A stretch of DNA of 63,639 nucleotides, counting the filler, from Reticulomyxa filosa (lineage: Eukaryota; Protista; Foraminifera): NCBI GenBank assembly GCA_000512085.1. It is 20 parts of 20 records of this genome, joined end to end, with 100 filler letters (N's around TTAATTAATTAA, not from the genome) between each part and the next. Parts side by side here need not be neighbours in the genome. Positions count along the whole stretch, not along the records: positions 5,612 to 13,761 come from ASPP01002453.1; positions 13,862 to 22,472 come from ASPP01015948.1; 18 more parts are not named here. The stretch is one strand, 5' to 3'. Each line of letters starts with the position of its first letter. The first letter of the stretch is position 1. The position numbers and the translations under genes were made by a program. The notes beneath the pieces were generated by a model, which saw nothing but the letters and a program-made list of their open reading frames with translations, was not told where the DNA came from and ran no database searches. Of the stretch, positions 10,236-20,891 are shown piece after piece.

Positions 10236-10448
10236 CTATTCTTCCTGGTAAATGTTATTAATTTCCTTTACAGAAGGCGCTCTAATCTTATTAATTTTTT
10301 TTACAGAAATCACTCCAATAGGATTTTTTTTACTTTTAGCATAATAAAATGAAGATTCGCAAGGTGTATCATGGCAAGAATTCAAATCTTTAGGAGTATA
10401 GCTCAAAAAAATAGGCTTATCTGGATATCTTGCTTCTTTTTTTAACAT
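10236..10448 (-). CDS. cas3: C-terminal fragment of Cas3, separated by a frameshift
   Basis: It overlaps the cas3 stop, its frame stays open upstream to 10499, [15 protein letters not shown] resembles I-Fv Cas3 C-termini, and its stop abuts the cas7fv start. Confidence 0.7.
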   Translation of the reverse strand: MLKKEARYPDKPIFLSYTPKDLNSCHDTPCESSFYYAKSKKNPIGVISVKKINKIRAPSVKEINNIYQEE

Positions 10449-13057
10449 CTCGGGCTTTTTGTATTTTTTTCCCTTGCAGTTAGTATTTTTTCGTGCTTTT
10501 TATACATAAAACTAAGGCAATCTTGGAAATCTTCTTTATTTTTATCCAGCGACATAATAACCGTTGCCTCTTCTTGACAAATATATTGGTTAAGAATTGG
10601 ATTATTGCCATTCTCATCATATTCCATTATGGCCATTTGCACATACACACTATCGCCACGCAATGAACTGGCCTTTAGTTTAATACCCCCATTTTTATGC
10701 TTCTTTACCCTAGGTAATCGAATTGGATCGTATAATTTGTTCTTTAATTGAGTAATACCTTCTTTCAAAACTTGCTTCAAATCTTCCTCGACCTGTTTTA
10801 AACTTTTTTCATCTTCATAAAATTCTTTATAAAGCTCATAAAGCTGTTGTAGCATAACACCATTATCGTCAGGTAATTTCTTTTTAAGAAATTGTAGCCA
10901 AGCTTTAGCTGCATGAAAATCACAGCATTTTTTTAGCCATCTCGCACAGCTACTTGACGCTTTTTCTTTTTCATACAGAGAATACGGGATATGAACAATA
11001 TAAGTATTAATGTTATTATTATTTAAACCAAAACGATTTAATCTGCCCAACCTCTGCAAAAAATTTTCAGGAGAAGAGAGCTCTGTTATCATATGATCGC
11101 AAGTTATATTGAAAGAAGCCTGAATAATTGGACCTGCTCGCAATATATCATATTCTCGAGTTCCATCTTGACCAAATGCTCTATAAATATCTTTAAAAAT
11201 TTTACTTCTATCCAGATTAGTAAGGTTACTATGAATTAATAATGCATTTTCATTGAGATGTTGTATAAACCCCAATTGAGCATCTAACGCTGTATTGGTA
11301 ATTATAAAGGTAGTTTTACCGTTTGGCTGGTGCTCTTCAGAAATTAATGGGGATACTTCAGGGTTATCTTTATAAGAACGAAAAGTTATTTTATACGAAG
11401 AACGATTAAAAGTTTCAATGCCGATAATGCAATCCTGATGAATGCCCAAAAATTCTTTTACAAAATAAGGATTGGGTGTTGCTGAAACCAATAATGTATT
11501 AGCTTCCTTACCTCTCATTTTTTTTGCTTCGATTAACTCTGCAAATAATACGTTTATTCCAAGAATTTTAATTAACTCGTGAAATTCATCAAATACTACA
11601 TGAGAACTCAAGAAATTTATAAATGCACTGACTTGTTGATGAGTAGTAACCATATTAATTATTTGATCTATAGTTGTAATAACTATATCTCCTGAAAATT
11701 TCTCTGAATCGCCTGTATCTGTTTCTTGCCCGTCGTAAGTTATTTTTTGAAATTCACTAGTCAAAAGCTCGATTTTAACTCCTTGAGCAAGATATTGTTT
11801 GCTACCCAGCTCTTTATATAAACCTTCGCAAATTTGCACTCTGGGACAGACCCAAAAAATCTTTTGAGCTCTAGTATTAAATGCCCATTCTAAAGCAATT
11901 TTAGTTTTACCACATCCAGCAGGCCCCTTCAAAACCGCTATACTGTCTTCCAAATTACCACTATTTGATATATGAGCTAATGTTACTGCAGCCTCTTTCT
12001 GTCGAATATTTCTCTCTTTATCCCCAGAACTATTAAACCGCTCTAAACATTCTTTTATTTTCTCCCTCAAGTTGCTTTCCTGAGGCCTAGTACGGGGATC
12101 TATTAAAGTATCTAGATTACAGCTTTCTAAATCTTCAACTTGAGATATAATCTTATCTGCTGAAATTACTGCCGATCTTAAAATACTATTTTTACTATTC
12201 TCTAGCACTTGATATTTGTACCTTTCATAGTCAGTAAAATCTGAAAAATCCTTATATGAGGGTACATGAGCATTCTTTGGTAATTCCTTACAGATAGATT
12301 TATCAGCTTTTAAAGCTATATTATGTCCAAAATTATATTTTTTAGCTTGACTATTCACCTGATCAATAATCTTTTTGATTTTTTCAGTCATGGAATCAAA
12401 GTGATTTTTAAACGCATAAAAAATCCCCTCAAGCTTTTCAAAATTATTCTTTTTCCTATAAGGCTTAGGGTGATGCCAATATATAACGTGCTCGCAAAAT
12501 TCATAAAGAGTCTTATTACCGACTGCATTATAGTCAGTAAGCAAGTGAAACAATACAAGAGAAATTTCATTATGTGTCGGATGTTCTTCAAAATCAAACT
12601 TTCCTCTATCTATATGAACCCCATCTTCAAAACTTTCTTCAGTAATTCCTTCTTTCAATTTTCGTTGCAGCCAATCCTGAAATTGCGGATCAATTTTCCC
12701 CATATCATGCCAAACTCCTGACACATACGCCGCTCTTGCTAATGGCTCCTGTTGAGGAAAAAGTTGTTCCACTATACGATAACTTAAATAACCAACTGAA
12801 AAAAGATGTCTGTTAAGCTCTTGTCTTTTAGTATTTGCAAATATTGAATTACTAGATTCGTTTTCCTTATATTTTATAAGCATTTTGTTTTTACTATAGT
12901 GAACTGGCACCATACCCTCAGAATTAAATTCTAATCTACTTCCTACAACCCATTCTAACTGAGCGCCTATACGGCTTCTAATTAAATCTCCATCTCCACT
13001 ATAGTTATTCGAGTTAAATGGATCAATTAATTTTTTAAGTTTAAGTATAATGCAAAA
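10442..13057 (-). CDS. cas3: Cas3 HD nuclease-SF2 helicase with a truncated Cas2 remnant at the N-terminus
   Basis: HD motif WHDMGK, Walker A GPAGCGKT, DEFH, SAT and QRLGRLNR are present. The frame is open upstream of the ATG at 12913 to 13057 and reads ...LIRSRIGAQLEWVVGSRLEFNSEGMVPVH, which resembles the end of the I-F Cas2 domain. Confidence 0.9.
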   Translation of the reverse strand, partial: FCIILKLKKLIDPFNSNNYSGDGDLIRSRIGAQLEWVVGSRLEFNSEGMVPVHYSKNKMLIKYKENESSNSIFANTKRQELNRHLFSVGYLSYRIVEQLFPQQEPLARAAYVSGVWHDMGKIDPQFQDWLQRKLKEGITEESFEDGVHIDRGKFDFEEHPTHNEISLVLFHLLTDYNAVGNKTLYEFCEHVIYWHHPKPYRKKNNFEKLEGIFYAFKNHFDSMTEKIKKIIDQVNSQAKKYNFGHNIALKADKSICKELPKNAHVPSYKDFSDFTDYERYKYQVLENSKNSILRSAVISADKIISQVEDLESCNLDTLIDPRTRPQESNLREKIKECLERFNSSGDKERNIRQKEAAVTLAHISNSGNLEDSIAVLKGPAGCGKTKIALEWAFNTRAQKIFWVCPRVQICEGLYKELGSKQYLAQGVKIELLTSEFQKITYDGQETDTGDSEKFSGDIVITTIDQIINMVTTHQQVSAFINFLSSHVVFDEFHELIKILGINVLFAELIEAKKMRGKEANTLLVSATPNPYFVKEFLGIHQDCIIGIETFNRSSYKITFRSYKDNPEVSPLISEEHQPNGKTTFIITNTALDAQLGFIQHLNENALLIHSNLTNLDRSKIFKDIYRAFGQDGTREYDILRAGPIIQASFNITCDHMITELSSPENFLQRLGRLNRFGLNNNNINTYIVHIPYSLYEKEKASSSCARWLKKCCDFHAAKAWLQFLKKKLPDDNGVMLQQLYELYKEFYEDEKSLKQVEEDLKQVLKEGITQLKNKLYDPIRLPRVKKHKNGGIKLKASSLRGDSVYVQMAIMEYDENGNNPILNQYICQEEATVIMSLDKNKEDFQDCLSFMYKKHEKILTAREKNTKSPRC

Positions 13058-13137
13058 CTATACATATTCTTCATTTTTAGACATACTTCTGGCACACCAT
13101 AGCCTCTGGGGCTATTTATCCATAAAGTCAAACTTTC

Positions 13138-13758
13138 TTAAGTGCCTGTGCCGCTATTCTTTAATTTATTTATTCTTTCTTCACTTAGTTTAGTATAACT
13201 CATAATCTTTTCTATAGGTTCACTCGCTAGTATCATTGCTTTTGCCATAGCTACCCTCTCTTCCTCTTGGCCTTCAGCCTTACCTTCGACCCTACCCTTT
13301 TCTATACCTCTAACCTCTCCTATAGATTCACCTTCTTTTAATCCTTTAGCTTCGCCTTCTGCTCTGGCATTTTGTAAATTATCCTGTAGCGTCATCTCCT
13401 CAGCCTCAGCTAGCAATCGTGCCCTTATGTATGCATCGTACTCTCCTTCACTCCAGTTAAATCTCTCAAGCCTGTCATATGCCTTAAGCACAAATGGATC
13501 TTTGACACTTACAGGTGGCTCTCCTGATCCTTGTGAATTAGCCAAAAAATATAACCAGTAATCTTCTATACTTTTAAGTTCATTCTCTTTCTTCTTAAAT
13601 TTCTCAAGCTCTATAAATACATAAGATAACGCAAATAAATGTTGCTTGTTTGTCATCTCTTCTTTCGTCTTGTGATAACTGATATACCCCACATCAGAAG
13701 GAAGAATCTTCTCCTTGCTTATCGCTATAAGTATTACAGGTAATAATCCCTTATGCAT
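13138..13758 (-). CDS. Rpn-family (PD-(D/E)XK nuclease / putative transposase) protein, 5'-truncated by the contig end
   Basis: Contains YVFIELEKF, YWLYFL, AYDRLERFNWSEGEYDAY, G-x-x-x-G repeats (AEGEAKGLKEGESIGEVRGIEKG) and the C-terminal AKAMI...IMSYTKLSEERI helix motif. Confidence 0.85.
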   Translation of the reverse strand: MHKGLLPVILIAISKEKILPSDVGYISYHKTKEEMTNKQHLFALSYVFIELEKFKKKENELKSIEDYWLYFLANSQGSGEPPVSVKDPFVLKAYDRLERFNWSEGEYDAYIRARLLAEAEEMTLQDNLQNARAEGEAKGLKEGESIGEVRGIEKGRVEGKAEGQEEERVAMAKAMILASEPIEKIMSYTKLSEERINKLKNSGTGT

Positions 13759-13878
13759 TCCNNNNNNNNNNNNNNNNNNNNNNNNNNNNNNNNNNNNNNN
13801 NNNNNTTAATTAATTAANNNNNNNNNNNNNNNNNNNNNNNNNNNNNNNNNNNNNNNNNNNNCAAGATCGCGATGTCGC

Positions 13879-14778
13879 TTGGTTGGAACGCGCGGGCGAA
13901 ATGTACTGTCCCTTTCCTTTTTTCATTTCGTTCGACACTATTTCCCAAAGGCGGTTCGCTTGCAATTGTTTAGTCGCGAGTACGTAAGACGCTTCAGTGA
14001 TGATTTGAACATTTTATTTCTGTCGCAACAACAACAACAACAATATTCGAAGAGGTATCAATGGGATGCCATGGCTTATCGTGCTCATGTTGGCTCGTTG
14101 ATCCCCAGCAAATGGGACATTTTGCTTGGCACGCGAAATATCGAAAACGCTCGCCAAGAATTTTCCAGAAAAGGCGCGGTCCTCTTGAAAAATATTCTGT
14201 CCCCTTTGGAATGCGAATTTTTGAGCAAGTATTTTGCGGATGCCATTCGTCGAGGATATCCTGAGTCGGTGGCCGATTATGATAGTGGCTTGGTTCGTAG
14301 CATCTTCAATAGTGATCGGGTGTCTTTTTTGTGGCTCACTGAGTTGAATGACTTGATGACACGCATCGTCGGAAGACCTGTCAAAAAAGCCTACTCGTTC
14401 TTATGCGGATACAAAACCCAACAACACAATCGCAGACCCTGGCTGCTTGGACACACGGACCGCGAAGATAATGAATTCACGTTCAGTATTACGCTCACTC
14501 ATGATGGACCCAAGTCTCCGCCATTCCCCATTTATGCTCATAAAAAAAGAATGGTCAGTCGTCGCAAAAACTATGCCTTCCCCGGCTTTGACCAAGTCTT
14601 AGAATTCGTCAATGATATTGGCGATGCCTTAATCTTTAAAGGAAGACAACATATTCATTTTCGAAATGACATGGACCCCAAATTGGATACTTATTGGACT
14701 ATTCTCTTTCACTATGTTCCTTTGGAGTTTGATTTTGTTGATTTCAAACAAAGGCAAGAACATAACTCTGATTTGTAA
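13879..14778 (+). CDS. 2OG-Fe(II) oxygenase-like protein, probably 5'-partial
   Basis: HxD motif (GHTDRE) and a distal GDALIFKGRQHIHFR His/Arg motif typical of the DSBH dioxygenase fold. Confidence 0.65.
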   Translation: MVGTRGRNVLSLSFFHFVRHYFPKAVRLQLFSREYVRRFSDDLNILFLSQQQQQQYSKRYQWDAMAYRAHVGSLIPSKWDILLGTRNIENARQEFSRKGAVLLKNILSPLECEFLSKYFADAIRRGYPESVADYDSGLVRSIFNSDRVSFLWLTELNDLMTRIVGRPVKKAYSFLCGYKTQQHNRRPWLLGHTDREDNEFTFSITLTHDGPKSPPFPIYAHKKRMVSRRKNYAFPGFDQVLEFVNDIGDALIFKGRQHIHFRNDMDPKLDTYWTILFHYVPLEFDFVDFKQRQEHNSDL

Positions 14779-16188
14779 TTTTTTTGTTCAAAAAGGGCTC
14801 AATCATCGAACTTTTTTTCATCAAACAAATTTCCTTTTTTTTTTACCTTAATTTAGGTTGATCTCATCGTCTCCGATTCAAATGATTTTTTTGAAACTAT
14901 ACATCAAACTATAAAGGTGTAGAAGTATTTAACTCCAGGCTAAATACGGCCCTTTGAGAATGGTTCCTCTGTCATATTGCTCCTAAAGGCTGACCTCTCA
15001 GCCCCCATACGACAAAAAGTTGAAGAAAAAAATATCAAAGGAGTTTTGCTGTAATATTCCAATTCAAATATTTTTTTTATTGGTCTTGGACGAACTAAAA
15101 CATTTAAAAAAAGTATATGTCAACAAATTATTTTTTATTTAAGCCAAAGGGTTTTTTGTATGAAGTTTTTTTACTTATTGCAGCTTCCTTTTCTTTTTTT
15201 AAGTACAAAAAAAACTTTTTGAACATATTTGTCAGCTCTTGTCTTATCTGCACAAATTGCAACAGTTGTGTTAGAACTGCTTCGACATACGCGTAATGAA
15301 GAAGTATAAGTTCACCTGTTTGATTTGTTTGACATTTGTGTAAGTAAACAGACAACTGCTTTTGACTAATCAATTTGTGTAACAAGCAAATGAATTAAAA
15401 CATAAAATGTGTTTTTTTTATTTAAAATTTTATTGAAAAAAATTTTTAATAATATGTTTGTGTTTGTTATCAAATATATGCATATATAAACCTTTGAATT
15501 GCAATTTAATTCAATTAATTTTATATTCTACAAAAAAATATTACACTAAAATGAACTATAATTAACAATTTTAAGTTTACATGAAAATTTATATTTTTTT
15601 TAATGATACTTAATTTGAGGTTTACAAAAACATAAAACAAAACTAATAAGTACATATTCTAACACTAATTGTAGTACTATTTGTATATTGAAATTTTCAC
15701 GAAATAAAACGAATAAGATTAAATAATAAAAGAATAATAAACCACAACAAAAGAAAAAACAAAGTAAGAATTGAAGTAAAGTTTTTTAGTAAATGATTTC
15801 CACATTACAAGTGAACTTGCAGTTAAACACCTTATTGAAAACTAATATATTTTATTTATAGTTTCATATATTAAAAAGACACATCGTTTTAAACTTTTAC
15901 TTTTAATCATTTGGGATTTCAATGTATTTTTGTTTTCTTAAAAAAATATCAAAAGTAAATCATTCGAGTCTTTTACATTATGTTGAAAAGAAAACTGAAC
16001 GCCTAAAACATATATTATGATGATAATTGATTTTCTAAATGAAAAATCAACATTTAGACCTAATTTTTTTTTTAAAAATATCTACAAATCTTGTAGTTTT
16101 TAAATATGATATCGATTTTTTTTTTAAAAAAATAAGTCTAAATGTTGATTTTTCATTGAGAAAATCAATTATCATCATAATATATGTT

Positions 16189-18371
16189 TTATGCGTTCAG
16201 TTTTCTTTGCAACTTACTGTATTTTGAATTTATTTCATAGAGTAAGTAACTTTTTTTACAAAAAAAAAAATAATAATTTGTATAATTTTGTGCTATATTT
16301 TTAATTAATTGTATCAATGTTTTTTCCAGCGTCCTCCCCCAGTCACTGTCAAGTTTGGGCTTGTTTCCAACAATGTCATCAATTTCGATCATGTGTGCTT
16401 TTGTCATTTTTCTGGCCAAATCTAATGATTTCAAATTTTCGATCATCTTTGTTTTTTTCCATTCAAAAGAGGTCAAATGAAGATAAATTGTATTACAAAA
16501 AAAATGGAATTACAGAAGTAACTTGTTGTTGACTCGTTGCACCTAATAAAACGGAGCTGACATTTTTGTTTTTCAGGCACCAAGCAATAGCTAAACATGT
16601 CACACTCGTATCCAACTTCTGTTTAGCAAAACTTTGCAATTGTTGTATAGTGCGTATTTGTCGTTCCTTATCGGAATCAAACCGTTTGCGCAGCCATTCA
16701 AAATTGTCCATTGCCATACGACTTTTTTAAAATCAAAATACAAAAAAACTAAAAGAATTTAACAAGCGAAATTGTAAATTCTAATATTTTTTTTGTGTTC
16801 ATATTTTTGCATTTTGTTTCAAATACCTGCCCTTTGGTATTCCATCATTATATTTCCCAGTCAATATGCCACTTGCCAACGGACTCCAAATCTTCAAAGT
16901 GTGCAAATTGTTTATTATGTACAAAAGAGCAAGGCGTTTTCTTTTCAAAAAAAAAAAAAAGAATTAAACAGTGCTGCCATAGTTATATGGATTTTTAAAA
17001 ATCCATGAGTATTCTTTTTCGAATCGTTCTCGATGGAACAAATTGTATTGGGGTCTTTTTTTTTTGTCAAATATTAGAGACAATCTAATATGAAAGAAAA
17101 AATAAATAAATAAAAAGCTAACTGCTCCACTACTGGCGGTATCAATCCTTCATGTTTCGCCACCCAAAACGCTTCAGTAATCTGAGCAGCTGACCATTCA
17201 CTGGTACCCCAATAGAAAGCCTTACCGGATCGGATGAGATCAGTGAACGCTCTCACTGTTTCTTCAGTGCTCGTTAACTGGTCAAAACGATGGCAGAAGA
17301 CAATATCTACATAGTCCATACCTAAACGTTTCAATGATTGGTCCATTCCTTCCATTATGTGCTTGCGTGACAATCTTTCATCCCAAAAAAAAAAAAAATT
17401 TGTATATGTACGTATATATATATTTTTTTTTTTTGAGTCATTATCATTATTATTATTTCAAATATAATTTAAAAAAACAAAAAACGGACCCTTTTTCATT
17501 GACACCGCTTCCGCCCCAAAATAGCTTTGTCGTGAAGCACACGTCGGTCCTTCGCCACAATTTTGGGTCTTCTTTTAAAAGACGTCCATATGCTTCGCCC
17601 ATTATTGCCTCTGCATCTCTTTTTTTGTTTTCATTCATTTCTTTCTTTCTTGGTTATTTTAATCTAAGAGGATAACAAGAGGAATATCACTCCAAAAAAA
17701 TAAATAAATATATATATTTGTTTTAAGTCGATACCCATTCTCTTTTCCGTACGCCTGTGTGCATTTTATTGTTTGTATTGTTCTCACTCCGAGTCACATT
17801 AGACCAACTCCAAACTTTTTTCCTCTCCTTTCTCCTCTCCCTCCTCCTTTTTATACTTTCAAAAAAAAAAAAATAAAAATAAGTCCACTTTTCTTTCTTC
17901 ACCTCTGCATTGTCGAACAGATTGATCCCTTCATTCATTTATTTATTCATTTGTTTGTTTGTTTGTTTGTTTTCGCTTATATTTGCAACAAAAGAGAGGC
18001 AAACAAAACATTACCTGCTTTTCGACACACGCGCATGACATCGACACATTTATCTACACCTATTTTGACATATTAGTAATTACTTCCTTATTCCATTGGG
18101 AACAAATCGAATTCGACACAGTGGTAGAGTATGAACAGAGCAAACCTTCTTTGACACCATAGGTCGCCCAAAATCCAAGTGAAACCGCGGACACTTTCAA
18201 TCCGGTGCCACCAAGCATTCGATACTCCATCCCGGCCTCGTCCGTACTACTTGCTTTGGTCAACGTTCGCTGCTGAGGCGAAAAACATAGACGGGACCAC
18301 AGTTTGGCTGTATTTTGAACCGTTTTTGGACAGCCTCCACCACAAGTGGTCCACATTCGAGAAGATAACAT
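16189..18371 (-). CDS. Aldo-keto reductase, voltage-gated K+ channel beta-subunit type; multi-exon
   Basis: Exons encode [51 protein letters not shown]...[20 protein letters not shown] and [19 protein letters not shown]. Confidence 0.9.
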
Positions 18372-19175
18372 TTGAAATATGGATTTTTGATTGTCCCCTC
18401 AACGTTCGATTTCAAAAATTTAGAACCAAAAACAGTGAACTTCCCCTCTACAGTGTTGTTCTCAAAATAAAAAAGGAAAGTATTATGATCACGTGAACTT
18501 GCAACCAATATCATTGTAATGAAGTTGTGTTTCAAGAAAAGGAAAAAGAAAATAAATTGAATAATAAAGTGTTTTGAAAAATTTAATACTTTTAGTTCAA
18601 AAGGATACTTTTATTTGTGTCTTGATTGTCGTGTGTATTTTTTTACAGTGCCGAAAATATTAACGAAAAAGAACACTATTTTTTGATCAAACAATAAATA
18701 AGTAAAGATTGAACTCCAAAGAATAGAGTCAGTTCGTAAATTCGCTTGTTTTGTTCAAGAGAGCTACGAAGTCGTGTCCTTGGAGGTTCCATGATTGAAG
18801 ATGAAGAAAGATTTGATTTATATTGTTTAAAAATTATTGTGATAATGTAAATGTCACAAAAGTACTTCAACAACAAAAACAACAATTTAAATGTCCATGC
18901 TACAACATTAACCAAAAAAAAACAAAGACCGCCAATTGTTAGAATATTTGTTATGTATAAAAAAACGGAGAAGATTGTTTTTAACAATCATTTAGTGATT
19001 GCACTTCGATACCTTCATGATCTTTTGTGAAAAAATCTGAAAATTTTCTGTTTACTAAAAAATGAAAAGTTGAAAACACCAAAGCACTTCTTAAAAGTAG
19101 AAAGGGTGCCCTGTTCTAATTTAAATTTCTTTGCTCCAGATCATCTGCGTCTTGAGATAATAATAAACGACAAAA

Positions 19176-19457
19176 ATGTCATTGTGGAAAGGAATATCAA
19201 ACAAAGTATTTGAATTACGTTTCATACTTTGCCAAACGTCGGAACAGTCAGCAGCAACCCGTAGTTTTATCACCAACAACTATTTGAGCATTAAATCAGC
19301 GAACCCTAAACTACCGATATTGATCCGAGAGTGCAAAGACCAACTCCCACGAGTAACAGCAAGATACCAATTCGGAAAAGAAGAGACATCATACTTGCAA
19401 GGGATGACCGAACCACAAATTGCAAAAGAAGTAGAAAGACTGGCAAACCCAAAGTAA
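19176..19457 (+). CDS. NDUFA2: NADH dehydrogenase 1 alpha subcomplex subunit 2 (CI-B8)
   Basis: 93 aa with ELRFILCQTSEQSAATRSFI, NPKLPILIREC and ARYQFGKE (L51/S25/CI-B8 family). Confidence 0.9.
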   Translation: MSLWKGISNKVFELRFILCQTSEQSAATRSFITNNYLSIKSANPKLPILIRECKDQLPRVTARYQFGKEETSYLQGMTEPQIAKEVERLANPK

Positions 19458-19841
19458 AAATAATAATCTTTTTTTTGGCCTTCCCTTTCTTGAACCACCT
19501 AGTGCCTTCCTTTATGGCCTGTCTCAACTTTGTGTGGTTTATGTTATTATTTCTTGTTTTACTTCCTCTTCTCTTTTTTTGGTCATATAGACCTTTGACA
19601 AATTGAAAAAAATGCAATATTGAAGAAAACTAAAACATGTTTCTTACCTCAAAATTGTTGCAATATATGGCAAGGAGTGTCCATTGAGGATAAATGCAAA
19701 CAAAAAAATTTTTTGTTTGAATACTGGGGGTAAGTAATTTTTTAAGTTTCTGGAAGTTCTTTTTCTCGGTTCAAAAAAAGGGGTTTTTTTAAAAAAAGTT
19801 TTAGGCTACAACTCTACGAAAAAAAAGTTTAAAATTTTTTT

Positions 19842-20891
19842 TTATGAAGACGTTTGATAAATTTGACTTTGAGGTTTTTTTCCACAAAGCACACGAAACA
19901 AGACACTGACACCACTGGTAGGAGCGTTTAATTGTTGCTCTCTTTCCACGGTGGTCATTTGCCGCTCCCCATATTTGATTTTCTCATTTAAAGTGAGTTG
20001 CTGAGAAATCATTGTAAAATAGCCGCAACTCATAGGAAGCAGGGCCAATGAAAAGATACCGGCCCAACCAGCGGCCATGACAGCGCCAAGTGTTTCGAGT
20101 TTGGTCAAGTGGCCAGTGCCTGGATAGCGCGACAACATCATGGCCATGGTAATGCAACAGATGGTCGCATACACCCCTGCACAAGTGATAAAGCCGACGA
20201 AATAACGAATATTACGTTCGGCTACACAAGTACCGACCCAAGGACAATGATGGTCAAAGCCATTGACGCAAGCGTCACAAGTGGAACAATGCTTTGCATG
20301 AATCGGACGATAGATATTACACGTCTCACAGTAACGGTCTTTTTCATTGGCGGGACCGAACACTGGCCCCTCTTTTGTAGCTCTTGGTATAATCCCTGGG
20401 TCCGTTGTGTTCGTGCGGATCAAAAAATAATCCGTCAGCAAAGCAAACATCAGTGAAAATATCATCGTCACTACAAACGTCCCTGCGCTATAGTGGGGCA
20501 ACACTGTGATGAGGATCCAGTAGTATGGGATTGACGGAATCCATTGCACTAACAATGTCATTGTAAACATACCATACTCTGATCCTCCAATTATTCGGTT
20601 GTTACAACACACTTTATTTTTACTCTCCAATATCACTACTTTTGGACATCCTGCTGTGCTATTTGAACTAGACAGAATCTCTGTTGCAGTTTCGTTTATT
20701 GACAATGTCACTGCGTTTTCTGAAGTCATAATGGGCTCCTCCAATTGGTTATCTGCCATTTGTGACATTCTAGCTTTTATTTTGCCTTTTCTTGTCTCAC
20801 TCTCGTTTCCCCTCTGCCAAACAGTACAAGTCTCCACTATATAAAATTTTGTCCACAACAATGGAATTACTGAAAAAAGTAACCTTTGCAT
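19842..20891 (-). CDS. DHHC palmitoyltransferase
   Basis: TDPGIIPR, a Cys-rich domain with [23 protein letters not shown], the TLNE motif and four hydrophobic segments. The true start may be an internal ATG. Confidence 0.93.
   Translation of the reverse strand: MQRLLFSVIPLLWTKFYIVETCTVWQRGNESETRKGKIKARMSQMADNQLEEPIMTSENAVTLSINETATEILSSSNSTAGCPKVVILESKNKVCCNNRIIGGSEYGMFTMTLLVQWIPSIPYYWILITVLPHYSAGTFVVTMIFSLMFALLTDYFLIRTNTTDPGIIPRATKEGPVFGPANEKDRYCETCNIYRPIHAKHCSTCDACVNGFDHHCPWVGTCVAERNIRYFVGFITCAGVYATICCITMAMMLSRYPGTGHLTKLETLGAVMAAGWAGIFSLALLPMSCGYFTMISQQLTLNEKIKYGERQMTTVEREQQLNAPTSGVSVLFRVLCGKKPQSQIYQTSS

Noticed and set aside
12563-12574. 12-nt match (AATTTCATTATG) between the putative spacer and cas3, suggesting self-targeting
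   Set aside because: The match is short, AT-rich and PAM-distal with no seed match, so it is expected by chance.
12953-12981. TTCTAACTGAGCGCCTATACGGCTTC resembles a reverse-complemented I-F repeat (GCCTATACGGC)
   Set aside because: It lies in the Cas2-remnant reading frame and lacks the full CTGCC/GGCAG stem, so it is best explained as coincidence.
5612-13761. CRISPR-Cas encoded by the eukaryote, or a CRISPR-associated transposon
   Set aside because: There is no physical link to host DNA and no tnsABC/tniQ, cas3 is present, and Rpn is not a demonstrated transposase.
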